DNA of 64,000 nucleotides from an uncultured Verrucomicrobiae bacterium. Its GTDB lineage: Bacteria > Verrucomicrobiota > Verrucomicrobiia > Limisphaerales > Palsa-1400. The translations under genes and the position numbers were made by a program. The notes under the pieces are model-generated. The model was not told where the DNA came from. It saw only the letters and a program-made list of their open reading frames with translations, and searched no databases. This document shows, in pieces, positions 1 through 10,065 of this stretch (position 1 is the stretch's first letter; each line of letters opens with the position of its first letter). The stretch lies in NCBI GenBank assembly GCA_963707025.1, contig CAVPOM010000002.1, positions 32,001 to 96,000 of the forward strand, given 5' to 3'.

Positions 1-920
1 CAAGGCCATGTTGTTCAAGGAATTTGCCGGCATTGACGCCTACCCCATCTGCCTGCGCACGCAGGACACCGCGCAAATCATCCAGACCGTGGCCAATCTC
101 TCGGTGGGGTTTGGCGGCATCAACCTGGAAGACATCTCCGCGCCGCGCTGTTTTGAAATCGAGCAACGCTTGCAGGAACGGCTGGACATTCCCGTTTTTC
201 ACGACGACCAGCACGGCACCGCCGTCGTGGTGCTGGCGGCGCTGCTCAACGCCTCCCGTCTGGCGGGCCGCCATCTCGCCTCCCTGCGCATCGTCATTCT
301 CGGAGCGGGCGCGGCGGGCACCGCCATCGCGGCCATGTTGCTCCACGCCGGCGTCAAAGACATCATCGCCTGTGACCGGCAAGGGAATTCTCCACAGCCG
401 CGCTCGAACCGATTTGAATGAAGCCAAGACCCAACTCGCCGCCGCCACCAATCCCCGCGGCTTGAGCGGCGGGGTCGAGGATGCCTTGCGCAATGCCGAT
501 GTTCTGATCGGCGTCTCCGGGCCGGCATTGATCACGCCGAAAGCCTTGCGGCTCATGGCCGCCAAGCCCATTGTTTTTGCCCTGGCCAATCCCACCCCGG
601 AAATCATGCCGGAGCAAGCCGCGGCCAGGGCCTGGATTGTGGCCACCGGCCGGAGCGACTATCCCAATCAGATCAACAACGTGCTGGCCTTTCCGGGAAT
701 TTTCCGGGGCGCATTGAACGTGCGCGCCCGCCGCATCAATGAAGCGATGAAGCTGGCTGCGGCCCATGCCATTGCGGGATGTATTGTCCGCCGGCAACTA
801 AGCGCGGAATACATCGTGCCCAGCGTCTTCAATCGTGAGGTGGTGCAACGGGTCGCCGCCGCCGTCACCGAAGCCGCGGTCAAGACCGGGGTCGCCCGGA
901 AAGGGCGTCCGCGCCATTGA
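1..920 (+). CDS. NAD(P)-dependent malic enzyme, 5'-partial, one frameshift near 376-385
   Basis: GGINLEDISAPRCF, PVFHDDQHGT and GAGAAG in ORF 8..421; continues in the 24..920 frame with FALANP and ATGRSDYPNQINNVLAFPGIFRG. Confidence 0.93.
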   Translation, partial: RPCCSRNLPALTPTPSACARRTPRKSSRPWPISRWGLAASTWKTSPRRAVLKSSNACRNGWTFPFFTTTSTAPPSWCWRRCSTPPVWRAAISPPCASSFSERARRAPPSRPCCSTPASKTSSPVTGKGILHSRARTDLNEAKTQLAAATNPRGLSGGVEDALRNADVLIGVSGPALITPKALRLMAAKPIVFALANPTPEIMPEQAAARAWIVATGRSDYPNQINNVLAFPGIFRGALNVRARRINEAMKLAAAHAIAGCIVRRQLSAEYIVPSVFNREVVQRVAAAVTEAAVKTGVARKGRPRH

Positions 921-953
921 ACCTAAAACCAAATCTCATAACATTTCCCTCCC

Positions 954-2084
954 ATGATCATCGGCGTCCCAAAGGAAATCAAAAACCAGGAGTATCGCGT
1001 CGCCCTGCCGCCTTCCGCGGCCTATCAACTGGCCAAACGCGGCCATCAAATCTTGGTGGAGCATGGGGCCGGCGTCGGTTCCGGATTCGCCGACCCGGAA
1101 TACGCCCTGGCCGGCGCTTCGCTGGTGGACGGTCCGGCCGCCGTGTTCGGTCAGGCGGAGTTGATCGTCAAGGTGAAGGAGCCGCAGCCTTCGGAATTGT
1201 CGCTGCTCCGGCCCGGCCAGGTGCTCTTCACCTACCTGCACCTGGCGGCGGACAAGGCCTTGACCGAGGCGCTCGTCCGGTCCGGCGTGACCGCCATTGC
1301 CTACGAAACGGTCGAGGTCAACCGCCGCCTGCCCTTCCTCGAGCCGATGAGCGAAATCGCCGGGCGCATGAGTGTGCTGGTGGGCGGCTATTTTCTGGCC
1401 AAGCACTATGGCGGCAGCGGCACTCTCCTCGGAGGCGTGCCGGGCGTTCTGGCGGGCAAAGTCGTCGTTCTGGGCGGCGGCTCGGCCGGGATCAACGCCG
1501 CCCGCATGGCCACCGGCTTGGGCGCGGACGTGACCATCCTGGAAGTGGACATCGAGCGCATGCGCTATCTGGACATCACCCTGCATAATGCCCACACGCT
1601 TTACTCGGACGAATCGCACCTGTTGCAGATGTTGCCGGGCACCGACCTGCTCATCGGGGCGGTGCTCCTGCCCGGCGCCAAGGCGCCCAAGCTGATCCGC
1701 CGCGACATGCTCCGCCTCATGCGCCCGGGCAGCGTGCTGGTGGACATTGCCATTGACCAGGGCGGCTGCGCGGAAACCTCCCGCCCGACCACGCACGAGC
1801 AACCGGTCTTCGTGGAAGAGGGCGTGACGCATTATTGCGTGGCCAACATGCCCGGCGCCTACGCCCGCACCGCCACCCAGGCGCTGACCAATGCCACCTA
1901 TCGCTACATCGAAATGCTGGCGGATTACGGACTCATCGAGGCCTGCCGTCAGCAGCCCGCGCTGCTGGGAGGCATCAACGTCATGGCCGGCCAGGTCACC
2001 CATCCCGCCGTGGCCTGCGCGCACGGGTTGCCCTGCCAGCCGCCGCCTCAAACTCCATCATCCTGTGCCAGCGCCTCGTCATAA
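954..2084 (+). CDS. ald: Alanine dehydrogenase
   Basis: [48 protein letters not shown] and YCVANMPGA motifs. Confidence 0.96.
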   Translation: MIIGVPKEIKNQEYRVALPPSAAYQLAKRGHQILVEHGAGVGSGFADPEYALAGASLVDGPAAVFGQAELIVKVKEPQPSELSLLRPGQVLFTYLHLAADKALTEALVRSGVTAIAYETVEVNRRLPFLEPMSEIAGRMSVLVGGYFLAKHYGGSGTLLGGVPGVLAGKVVVLGGGSAGINAARMATGLGADVTILEVDIERMRYLDITLHNAHTLYSDESHLLQMLPGTDLLIGAVLLPGAKAPKLIRRDMLRLMRPGSVLVDIAIDQGGCAETSRPTTHEQPVFVEEGVTHYCVANMPGAYARTATQALTNATYRYIEMLADYGLIEACRQQPALLGGINVMAGQVTHPAVACAHGLPCQPPPQTPSSCASASS

Positions 2085-2342
2085 TGTTGGCGCGCCCTTT
2101 TTTCGCAGTGGGCACCGGCACGGTCGGACCTGGTTCAATTAAGCCGTGAACCATGGACAGACGAATTTCCTTCTGATAACTGGTTTTCTCGAAAGTGGCG
2201 CATTCTCCTGCCGGAACCAAGCGGCCTTGGGCGGGGTTAAATCCTCCACGGTGCGGTCGGCAAAGGGCAATTCGTGAACAAAATCGTAATTCTATAAACC
2301 CGCCTTTTGCCTTGTTCACGCCGCGCTGGAAGGAAAACAGTT

Positions 2343-2720
2343 ATGATAAACAAAATCACCCGCAAAACCGGGTTCACCCTGGTCGAAATCATGATCGTGG
2401 TGGCCATCATCGGACTCCTGGCGGCGATCGCCATTCCAAACTTCGTGCGTGCGCGTCAGACAGCCCAGATGAACACCTGCATCAGCAACCTGCGCTGCAT
2501 TGACGATGCCAAGCAGGAATGGGCCTTGGAACAGCGCCGGCAGAACACGGACACGCCGCTGGGCAGCGATCTCCAGCCCTGCTTGGGCCGCACCGCGGCC
2601 GGCAGTTTGCCGTGCTGTCCGGCGGACGGGGCGCAGAGCTTCGCCACCAGTTATGCTCCGCAAAGCGTGGGGGCCAAGGCCGTGTGCCTGATCCTCCCCG
2701 CAACGCACGTCCTGCCGTAA
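2343..2720 (+). CDS. Prepilin-type N-terminal cleavage/methylation domain protein (type IV pilin-like)
   Basis: KTG/FTLVEIMIVVAIIGLLAAIAIPNF prepilin motif, followed by CISNLR..IDDAKQEWALE. Confidence 0.92.
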   Translation: MINKITRKTGFTLVEIMIVVAIIGLLAAIAIPNFVRARQTAQMNTCISNLRCIDDAKQEWALEQRRQNTDTPLGSDLQPCLGRTAAGSLPCCPADGAQSFATSYAPQSVGAKAVCLILPATHVLP

Positions 2721-2800
2721 CCGTCCTGGAGAGCCGTGCCGGCGGGATTAAGAAACAGGGCGCAAGGGCGCGCCCTGTTTGGTTCTATGCTCCTTCGCGC

Positions 2801-3091
2801 TCAGTGCGAGTGCGCTGTGGTGAAGGCGGGGTTGGTCTTTTCCTTCAAACGGGAAATGGGCCGCGGTCGCGGGGCTGTTGCGGATGCCGGCGGCGCCAAC
2901 ACCGCCGCGCGGTTCTGCTCATCGTAGAGGGCCGATTCCTTTTCCAGAAGCTGGGTTACTAAGAACAAAATGAACAAAATCGCGCCCAAGGGAAAACCCA
3001 GGTCAAAGAAGACATTGGACCGGGCATGGCTGAAGCCGATGGCAAATGCCAGGAGAGACAGGCCCACGAAGCCATATTTCCATTTCAACAT
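2801..3091 (-). CDS. Small hypothetical membrane protein (2 TM)
   Basis: Two hydrophobic segments (FVGLSLLAFAIGF; LGFPLGAILFILFLV); start placed at MLKWKY. Confidence 0.6.
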   Translation of the reverse strand: MLKWKYGFVGLSLLAFAIGFSHARSNVFFDLGFPLGAILFILFLVTQLLEKESALYDEQNRAAVLAPPASATAPRPRPISRLKEKTNPAFTTAHSH

Positions 3092-3653
3092 AGGTTTCAA
3101 CTCCGGCTCGGTTTTCCGCAATGGTGTTCGTCCTTGCGGAGTTAATCCAGGCCAGGAGGGTCGTCCGCGATTGCGGCGTATTGGAGAAAGCACGACCCAT
3201 CCTGCCAGCCCGTGAAAAAGTCAGGGCGCGCCCAAGACGCGCCCTGGTCGCAGTTATTTAATCCAGTAAACTCAGGGGGATAGAGTTGTGGCGTGGCCTG
3301 GATGTGCAGTTGTCTGAGAAGAAAGTGTTTGACCGCGACGGCCCGCTCAAGCGCCAGTCGCCGCCACGTTGGCGCGCTGCGCTGCTTCAGGTTGACTGCT
3401 GCGGCATTTCTTATCATTACCGCCTCAACATGGCTTAAGGGCAGGGGCGCGCGCTCCTCAAATTTTGGGAAAAATACACCCGATTTTGCTCGCCTTAAAA
3501 CGTCCATTTCAACTCAAATACTCCACGGCAAACCGGACGGCGCAGCCCGCCGTCCTTGTCGCCAGGCCGGGGAAACAAAAAAGGTCAAGCATCCCGCAAA
3601 AACGGGGGAGCCGGCCAGCCGGTTCGGCGACAGACTGCTGAAAAAGGATTTTT

Positions 3654-4949
3654 ATGCGACGAGAAGATCGAACCGAAGTTCTGGTGGCGGGCGCAGGCCC
3701 GGTCGGCATGTTTACGGCGCTCCGGTTGGCGGAGAGCGGGATTGCAGTCCAGTTGATTGACCAGGAGTCACGCACCGCCGGACGCAGTTACGCTTGCGCC
3801 TTGCACCCGGGCACGCTGCAATTGCTGGACGAGGTGGGCGTGGCCCGCGAGGCGATCCAACGCGGACAACGAATCGAAACGGTGGCTTTTTACGAAGGAT
3901 CCCTGCGGCGCGCCGAAGTCAAGCTGTCCCAGTTGCCGGTGCAGTTTCCTTTTGTGCTCGTTTTGACGCAAAGCCTCCTGGAAGACTTGCTGGAAAAAAA
4001 ACTCAAGGAGCGGGGCGGCCTCAAGGTGCATTGGAATCACCGGCTGACGGATTTGGGGATGAAAGACGGGGCCGCCGCGGCCACCATCGAAGAGATGGCC
4101 CTGGCGGGCAAAGGCTACATCGTGCCGGGGTTTGAGTTGGAGGTGAAAAAAACCGTCTCGGCCCGCGCGGATTTCGTGGTGGGCGCGGATGGCCAGAATT
4201 CCGTCGTCCGGCAACGGCTTGGCATCGCCAGCCAGGAGGTGGGGGAGCCGGAGCTTTTCACGGTTTACGAACTGGAAACGGCGGCCACGCTGCCCCCGGA
4301 AATGAGCATCGTGTTCCACGAACAAACCGTCAGCGTGTTGTGGCCCTTCGCCGCCAACAAGTGCCGCTGGAGTTTTCAATGGTCGCAGGCGGACGCTCCG
4401 GCCGACTTCCCGCAGAAGGACCGCAACCGGTTCACCATCGCGGAATCTCCCGGCGAGAAGGACAGCCGGCACCAGGTGCAACAACTCTTGGCGGCGCGGG
4501 CTCCGTGGTTCCAGGCCGGCATCAAGGCGGTTGGCTGGGGCGCCGACATCCAATTCGCGCATCGCCTGGCGCGGCCATTTGGCCGGGAGCGGGCGTGGCT
4601 GGCGGGCGATGCCGCCCATCAGACCGGGCCGGTCGGCATGCAGAGCATGAACATGGGCATGCGCGAGGGCGCGGACCTGGCCGCCAAACTCAAACGGATT
4701 CTGCGCGAAAAAGGTTCGCCGGATTTGTTGGAAGCCTACAATCTCGAACACCGGACGGAATGGGAGCAATTGCTGGGTCTGAAAGGCGATCCCAAGGCGG
4801 GCGCCACGACCGGCGCCTGGGTCCGCCAGCGCTGTGGCAGGCTGTCCTCATGCCTTCCGGCCCTGGGCAAGGATTTGACCTTGCTCTTGCGCCAGTTGGG
4901 ACTGGAATTTGAGTACGCCGGCCTGCCCGAGGTTCCCGCCAGGAGTTAA
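3654..4949 (+). CDS. FAD-dependent monooxygenase (PheA/TfdB-like, FAD_binding_3)
   Basis: VLVAGAGPVG, VVGADG and LAGDAAH...GMQSMNMG fingerprints. Confidence 0.9.
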   Translation: MRREDRTEVLVAGAGPVGMFTALRLAESGIAVQLIDQESRTAGRSYACALHPGTLQLLDEVGVAREAIQRGQRIETVAFYEGSLRRAEVKLSQLPVQFPFVLVLTQSLLEDLLEKKLKERGGLKVHWNHRLTDLGMKDGAAAATIEEMALAGKGYIVPGFELEVKKTVSARADFVVGADGQNSVVRQRLGIASQEVGEPELFTVYELETAATLPPEMSIVFHEQTVSVLWPFAANKCRWSFQWSQADAPADFPQKDRNRFTIAESPGEKDSRHQVQQLLAARAPWFQAGIKAVGWGADIQFAHRLARPFGRERAWLAGDAAHQTGPVGMQSMNMGMREGADLAAKLKRILREKGSPDLLEAYNLEHRTEWEQLLGLKGDPKAGATTGAWVRQRCGRLSSCLPALGKDLTLLLRQLGLEFEYAGLPEVPARS

Positions 4950-5142
4950 TGCCGGTGATCCCGGTTGAATTTGCCGGGGCCATTGCTGGACAACTGCGCG
5001 ATTGATTTGCGGCCGTCCGGCCGAATGCGCCGGGCGGATTTTGGCTGAAACCTGGCCCGTTTTCACGGCCAAATATGGCCAGCAAATGCCAAGGATGGTG
5101 TGGCGGCGGGGAGGGCGTCCGGGTAAATTGACGTTGAACATT

Positions 5143-5706
5143 ATGAGAATTAAACCCACGGCAGAAGCCGGCCAGGTGCTCGTCCAACTGGACCGGAAGG
5201 ACGAAGTTTTGCTGGAGCAAGCAGCCGCTCTTCACCGTCGGCAGGCCACCGTGGTCAGCCTGAAAAGAATTCTGGTGCCGGTGGACTTTTCGTCTTGCTC
5301 CAAGGAGGCGCTGGATTTCGCAGCGCTGCTGGCGCGGCAGTTCGGCGCGAGCCTGACTGTTCTTAATGTGGTCACTCCCTATTACGCGGTGGATCCTTAT
5401 GGGATGAATCCCCCCGGTGACTTCGAACCCGATCTGGTGTCTTGCGCCAACAAGCAGCTGGATCACCTGGTCGGCCAGGCCTTGCCGCCGGAAGTGGCAG
5501 CGCAGACGTTGGTGCGCCGGGGCCGTCCGGCCAATGAAATTATCGAGGCGGCCAAGGATCTGGACGCCGACCTCATCGTCATCCCGACCCACGGGCACAC
5601 GGGCTTGCAACACGTCGTCTTTGGGAGCACGGCCGAATATGTCGTGCGCCATGCCATGTGCCCCGTGCTCACCCTGCGGGCCAAAGGACAGAAACCGGAG
5701 GAATAA
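5143..5706 (+). CDS. Universal stress protein
   Basis: RILVPVDFS...DLIVIPTHGHTG...FGSTAEYVVRHAMCPVL. Confidence 0.92.
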   Translation: MRIKPTAEAGQVLVQLDRKDEVLLEQAAALHRRQATVVSLKRILVPVDFSSCSKEALDFAALLARQFGASLTVLNVVTPYYAVDPYGMNPPGDFEPDLVSCANKQLDHLVGQALPPEVAAQTLVRRGRPANEIIEAAKDLDADLIVIPTHGHTGLQHVVFGSTAEYVVRHAMCPVLTLRAKGQKPEE

Positions 5707-5708
5707 AT

Positions 5709-6602
5709 ATGTCCGCGAAACTGTGTGTCAGCGAAGAGGCCAAAGAAATGCGCGCTCCACAGGCCGGCACGGCATCTGGATGCGCGCGCGATTTCCTCGG
5801 CCATCGGTTTGTTTATGTCGTCATTTCGGCCCGGGCGGGCGGCCTTTCCATCGGGCTGAACATGAATCCGGACAAGTCGTGCAACTTCGATTGCGTTTAC
5901 TGCGAGGTCACCCGCGAGTCCCGGCCGGTCGAGCGTGAACTGGATGTTGGCCTCATGGCGGAGGAATTGGAGAAGACCCTGGTCCTGATCCATTCCGGGG
6001 AAATTCGCCACCTGGCCGGTTACGGCACCTTGAGCGCCGACTTGCTGCGATTGCGCCATGTCGCTTTCAGCGGCGATGGCGAGCCGACCTTGTGCCCGAA
6101 CTTTGCCGAGGCGGTCCAGGAGGTGGTGCATGTGCGGGCGCGGCGAGTGCTTCCTTTTTTCAAGTTGGTCCTCATCACCAACGGCACGGGCCTGGATTCG
6201 GAGCCGGTGCAGGACGGCCTGCGCTACTTTACCCGCGAGGACGAAATCTGGATCAAGCTCGACGCCGGCACGCAGGATTGCATGGACCGGATCAACCGGA
6301 GCGCCATCCCGCTGGATAAAGTCATGGAAAACGCCTGGCTGATTGGCCGCAAACGCCCCATCATCATCCAAAGTTTGTTCCCCCTCCTCGGCGGATGGGA
6401 ACCGCTGCCGGAAGAGATTGACGAATACATCCAGCGCCTGCACGAACTCAAGGAGGGCGGCGCGATGATTTCCCTGGTCCAGATCTATTCGGCGACCCGT
6501 CCGGCGGCGCACCCCGATTGCGGGCACATCCCCCTGCAAAGTCTGGCCCGCATCTGCCGGCGCGTCAAAGCCGAGACCGGATTGCCAGCGGAAGTGTTCT
6601 GA
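5709..6602 (+). CDS. Radical SAM protein
   Basis: CNFDCVYC (CxxxCxxC), FSGDGEPT, LITNGT, KLDAG. Confidence 0.9.
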   Translation: MSAKLCVSEEAKEMRAPQAGTASGCARDFLGHRFVYVVISARAGGLSIGLNMNPDKSCNFDCVYCEVTRESRPVERELDVGLMAEELEKTLVLIHSGEIRHLAGYGTLSADLLRLRHVAFSGDGEPTLCPNFAEAVQEVVHVRARRVLPFFKLVLITNGTGLDSEPVQDGLRYFTREDEIWIKLDAGTQDCMDRINRSAIPLDKVMENAWLIGRKRPIIIQSLFPLLGGWEPLPEEIDEYIQRLHELKEGGAMISLVQIYSATRPAAHPDCGHIPLQSLARICRRVKAETGLPAEVF

Positions 6603-6623
6603 GGGAGAGGCCGCCCAGGGCCC

Positions 6624-7562
6624 TCAAGCCGAAGCCAACTGTCCCCGGTATTCCGTCGGCGATTGTCCCATGATTTTCTTAAACACGCGGTTGAAGTGGG
6701 TTAAGGACTGGAAGCCGACTTCATAGGCGATCTCACTCACGCGCAGGTTGCGGTTGAGCAGGAGATTCTTCGCCTTTTCCACGCGGATGCGCGGAACGTA
6801 GTCGGTAAAATTCAGGCCGGTGGACTTCTTGAACATCTTGCAGAAATAAAAGATGCTGGTGTTGACCGCTTTGGCCACCTGGCCCAGCGACAGGTCTTCG
6901 GCCTGGTTGTCGTGGATGAACTGCCGGGCGCGGGTGATGGCCGGCGGCTCGCTATTTTCGCGCTGGACCAGAATCTGGTTGCTCACCATGGAGATATGCT
7001 GCGCAAAGATCCAGAGCAGCTTCACCACCCCGTCGTGCTGCCGGGACGACAGCACCTTCGTGCCGAAATACGCCTTTTTGAGGCGGTCGGTGGCAATTCC
7101 CATCCCCCAATCCGCCGTCAGCCGGGCGGTGTGTTGGAACTGGGTTGTCGTCGGCGTCTTCCGAAAAATCTGGCCGGTTTGGAGAAAGCCCACCAGCCGC
7201 TCCCCCGTGCGAATCGGCACCGCCGTGTCGCTCAGTCCCAACTCGCATGTCAGGGTTTGCGGTTCGTGCTGGGCGTGGTCCGAAAGCCGTTGTTGCAGGC
7301 GCAGGCACGCCGCGCAAGAGCGGCTTTTGGCGGACATCATCGCGCAAAACGGGTTCTCGTGCCGCTTGCCCCGATGCGGCAACTGCCAGGATTCGACCGG
7401 CCGCAAGGAAACCGGCAGCCCGGTCGTCTCGCTGAAGGCCCGTTCATAATCCTGGTAGATCCTCGAATGGCTCAGCGACTGCACCAGGTCCGCCCCATCC
7501 CCGGCAAAATACTCGTGCTGCCTGGCGGTCAGCGCGCGATTTTGAGCAGATTTTGATCTCAT
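6624..7562 (-). CDS. AraC-family regulator with PocR-type sensor domain
   Basis: N-terminal NPFC..C..C..C GL.DTAVP sensor; C-terminal AraC HTH (VSEIAYEVGFQSLTHFNRVFKK..GQSPTEYR). Confidence 0.9.
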   Translation of the reverse strand: MRSKSAQNRALTARQHEYFAGDGADLVQSLSHSRIYQDYERAFSETTGLPVSLRPVESWQLPHRGKRHENPFCAMMSAKSRSCAACLRLQQRLSDHAQHEPQTLTCELGLSDTAVPIRTGERLVGFLQTGQIFRKTPTTTQFQHTARLTADWGMGIATDRLKKAYFGTKVLSSRQHDGVVKLLWIFAQHISMVSNQILVQRENSEPPAITRARQFIHDNQAEDLSLGQVAKAVNTSIFYFCKMFKKSTGLNFTDYVPRIRVEKAKNLLLNRNLRVSEIAYEVGFQSLTHFNRVFKKIMGQSPTEYRGQLASA

Positions 7563-7808
7563 CCCGCCAAAATAAGCTAAGCTTCTGGCCGCGACAATCG
7601 GGAGCAAACCCAAAGCCGCCCTGGCGAATATAACTATCCAGACTAAGGAATTTCCCTAGCCTGGGCAATGCCAGCGAGCGCCGCCGGCCAACCAGCTTGA
7701 GCCGAAAAAGCGTGTCCGAATTGCCGCCCCGCATCCGCGCAGCCTGTCCTGCCACAGCTTCCGGGCGGCGGCAGAAGAACTCATCCTCTGGTTGGTGAAG
7801 GCCGCCTT

Positions 7809-8321
7809 TTAAACAGGCGGGGCTTTTTGCCTGGATTCCTGCTGCCGTTGCAGCAATTGCACCCGGGTGGTCTGCAGCCGCTGGATCACAATCGCCGCCA
7901 CCCGTTTCATCAACTCAAAGCCAAAAGCGGGATCGTGCTCACACTCTTCGCGCAGGCGGGTGCCGTAAAAGAATATCGCCGTCGTCGGCTCCACCGCGCG
8001 CGCGCTGAAATGCCAGTTATACGGCGGAAACAGCCAGGACCAGCCCAGCACCTCGTCTTGGCCGATCAAATGAATCAGCGGGGCGGCCTCGGGATGGTGC
8101 CCGGATTCCAGCGCGATTTTGCCCCGGCAAACCAGGTAAAAGCGGTTGGCCGGATCGCCTTCCTTGAAAATCAGTTCATCCCGCTCGAACTGTTTGAACA
8201 TCGCCACCTCCACCAGTTTCTTCAGGTGTTCGGGCTTCATGTCCGCGACGAAGCGATGGGCGGCGATGGCCCCGGCCAGTGGAGGCGTGGTTTCGTCTTT
8301 GCTTCCAATCATCGCATTCAT
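7809..8321 (-). CDS. Cyclic-nucleotide-binding domain protein (Crp-like, no HTH evident)
   Basis: IFKEGDPANRFYLV..G and LGWSWLFPPY.WHFSARA. Confidence 0.87.
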   Translation of the reverse strand: MNAMIGSKDETTPPLAGAIAAHRFVADMKPEHLKKLVEVAMFKQFERDELIFKEGDPANRFYLVCRGKIALESGHHPEAAPLIHLIGQDEVLGWSWLFPPYNWHFSARAVEPTTAIFFYGTRLREECEHDPAFGFELMKRVAAIVIQRLQTTRVQLLQRQQESRQKAPPV

Positions 8322-8552
8322 GTTCTCCTCTGGTGTACAGTTTCGTCTCGCGGTTCGATTAATGCAGCTTTCACCTTAAAAGGACCAGCGGGAGCCACCC
8401 GGCGCAACACCTCTTTTGGCAAAGACCGGCCCAAATTTGCCCTCTCCGCATGGCCGGGGAAGGCCACGCCCAAGTCGTTGCAGCGGCGCCTTATGACCGC
8501 CGCATATCGAAACCGGCTTTGCTGAAACCCGCCAGCCTCCAAAGCCCGCCCC

Positions 8553-9302
8553 TCAAGAAACCTTGGTCGGCGCCGGTGCCATCTTTGCCGCAGGCAGGGC
8601 CAGGTGGTTGATTAGGACAAACGACCCGACCGTCTTCACCGCGTCTTCCAAGGAAACCCGGTCCGTGTTGATGACAAAATGGTAGAGCAACCGATCGTCT
8701 ATGTCTTTGCCGAAGTATCTTTTCAGATACCGGCGACGGCCTCCATCCTCCCGCTTCATGCGCCGGAGGGCCTCCTTGCTGTCGAGATGGTCAAATTCCC
8801 GCATGTGGGCGACGCGATGTTCGACCGAACCGACCAGCCGGACGTGGAGCATTCCCGGCAGGCGCGCGGTGATGACATTGGCGCCGCGGCCGACAATGAT
8901 GGCATTGCCCAACTGAGCCAGGTGCAAAATGGTTTCGGAGGCCCGCCGCACCAGCGTCTCCGTGGGAGGATGCAGACTGAACAAATCTTCGATAATATCG
9001 TTCAGTTGGCTGACGCGGTCCTCCGGCATGAACGACGCCAGGCGGGCTGGCAGGTGATGATCCCGCAGGACGGCCTCGACCAAATCGCGGTCGAAAACCG
9101 TCCATCGCCTCGCCCCTTGCGGCAGCACGGCCTGGAGGCAGACGGCCAATTCTTCGGCGAAATAACAGGCCCCGCACCCCGATTGCCTTGAAATGGTCAC
9201 GCCGCGGACAATGCCGTTTTCCCCGCGGCGGGCGGGCCCGGGCGGCTGTAGTTGACAGTTGATGAAAGTGAAACAGCGATCAAGACCGGAGGTTGCATTC
9301 AT
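8553..9302 (-). CDS. Cytidylate kinase-like family protein
   Basis: VTISRQSGCG, IIVGRGAN, D..RRRY, YHFVINT. Confidence 0.87.
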   Translation of the reverse strand: MNATSGLDRCFTFINCQLQPPGPARRGENGIVRGVTISRQSGCGACYFAEELAVCLQAVLPQGARRWTVFDRDLVEAVLRDHHLPARLASFMPEDRVSQLNDIIEDLFSLHPPTETLVRRASETILHLAQLGNAIIVGRGANVITARLPGMLHVRLVGSVEHRVAHMREFDHLDSKEALRRMKREDGGRRRYLKRYFGKDIDDRLLYHFVINTDRVSLEDAVKTVGSFVLINHLALPAAKMAPAPTKVS

Positions 9303-9560
9303 AAGTCACCTGTTTTCCAAGGAGAAACGCCGCCGGCGCAACCGGCTAATGCGTCCGTCATGGGTGGGCCGGCAAAGGCAGGGCCCGCACTCCGCCCCGT
9401 GCGCCGCAGCCGGGGCGAAAGGGCATGCCCGCCCCCAGGTATTGGCAGCGGAATCAACGTCTTACTGCCGCCGTGCGGCGGGTCCCGATATTTCGGGACC
9501 CGCCCTGCCACCCATGAGTGGCCCACGGCGGAACGTGGCATCATCTCAATTCTCCGCGGG

Positions 9561-9848
9561 CTAGGGCAAAGGCTCAGCCCCGCTTTTGAATGGCCTGGCA
9601 GCGGCTCCTTTCGCCCGCTGGCCGGCAAATTTATCAAGGGGTGGCTTGCTCCGCGGCGGTGGAGCACTCCGCGCAGCCCGGGATGCGGCTGGCGCTGTTG
9701 GTTTGACGGGGGAGAGCAGTGACTGCTCGGCCTGAAGCCAGAATTCGACATCCTTGCCGGCGGGTCTGCCATTTTTTTCCCAAAGCTGATGCGCCAGGAA
9801 GGCGATGTCATCACGGCTTGGGTGTGGCGGCGGAATGGATTCTTGCAT
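9561..9848 (-). CDS. DUF2934-type small protein
   Basis: IA.LAHQLWE..GRP.GKD.EFWLQAE motif. Confidence 0.8.
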   Translation of the reverse strand: MQESIPPPHPSRDDIAFLAHQLWEKNGRPAGKDVEFWLQAEQSLLSPVKPTAPAASRAARSAPPPRSKPPLDKFAGQRAKGAAARPFKSGAEPLP

Positions 9849-10065
9849 AACTAATTTCCTTTCATTTTGACTGCAGCTTTGCCTTTCGTTTGCATCGGTC
9901 GCTTCCCTCTTGCGTTGTGCTCCCGTCCTGCAAACCTAACACCCCTGCGGCAAAACTACAGCAAGTTGGCCACTTTTTCTTCCTCTTTTTCCACCCATTT
10001 CTTGCGCAAGTCTCGTCCTTTTTTGACCCGCCCCAGCGGCGCCAGGATTCAGCCAAAGGCAATGC

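Noticed and set aside
2273..2320. Inverted repeat CGTGAACAA...TTGTTCACG upstream of the pilin-like gene
   Set aside because: 9-bp arms with a 30-bp spacer, single occurrence; not enough to call an operator
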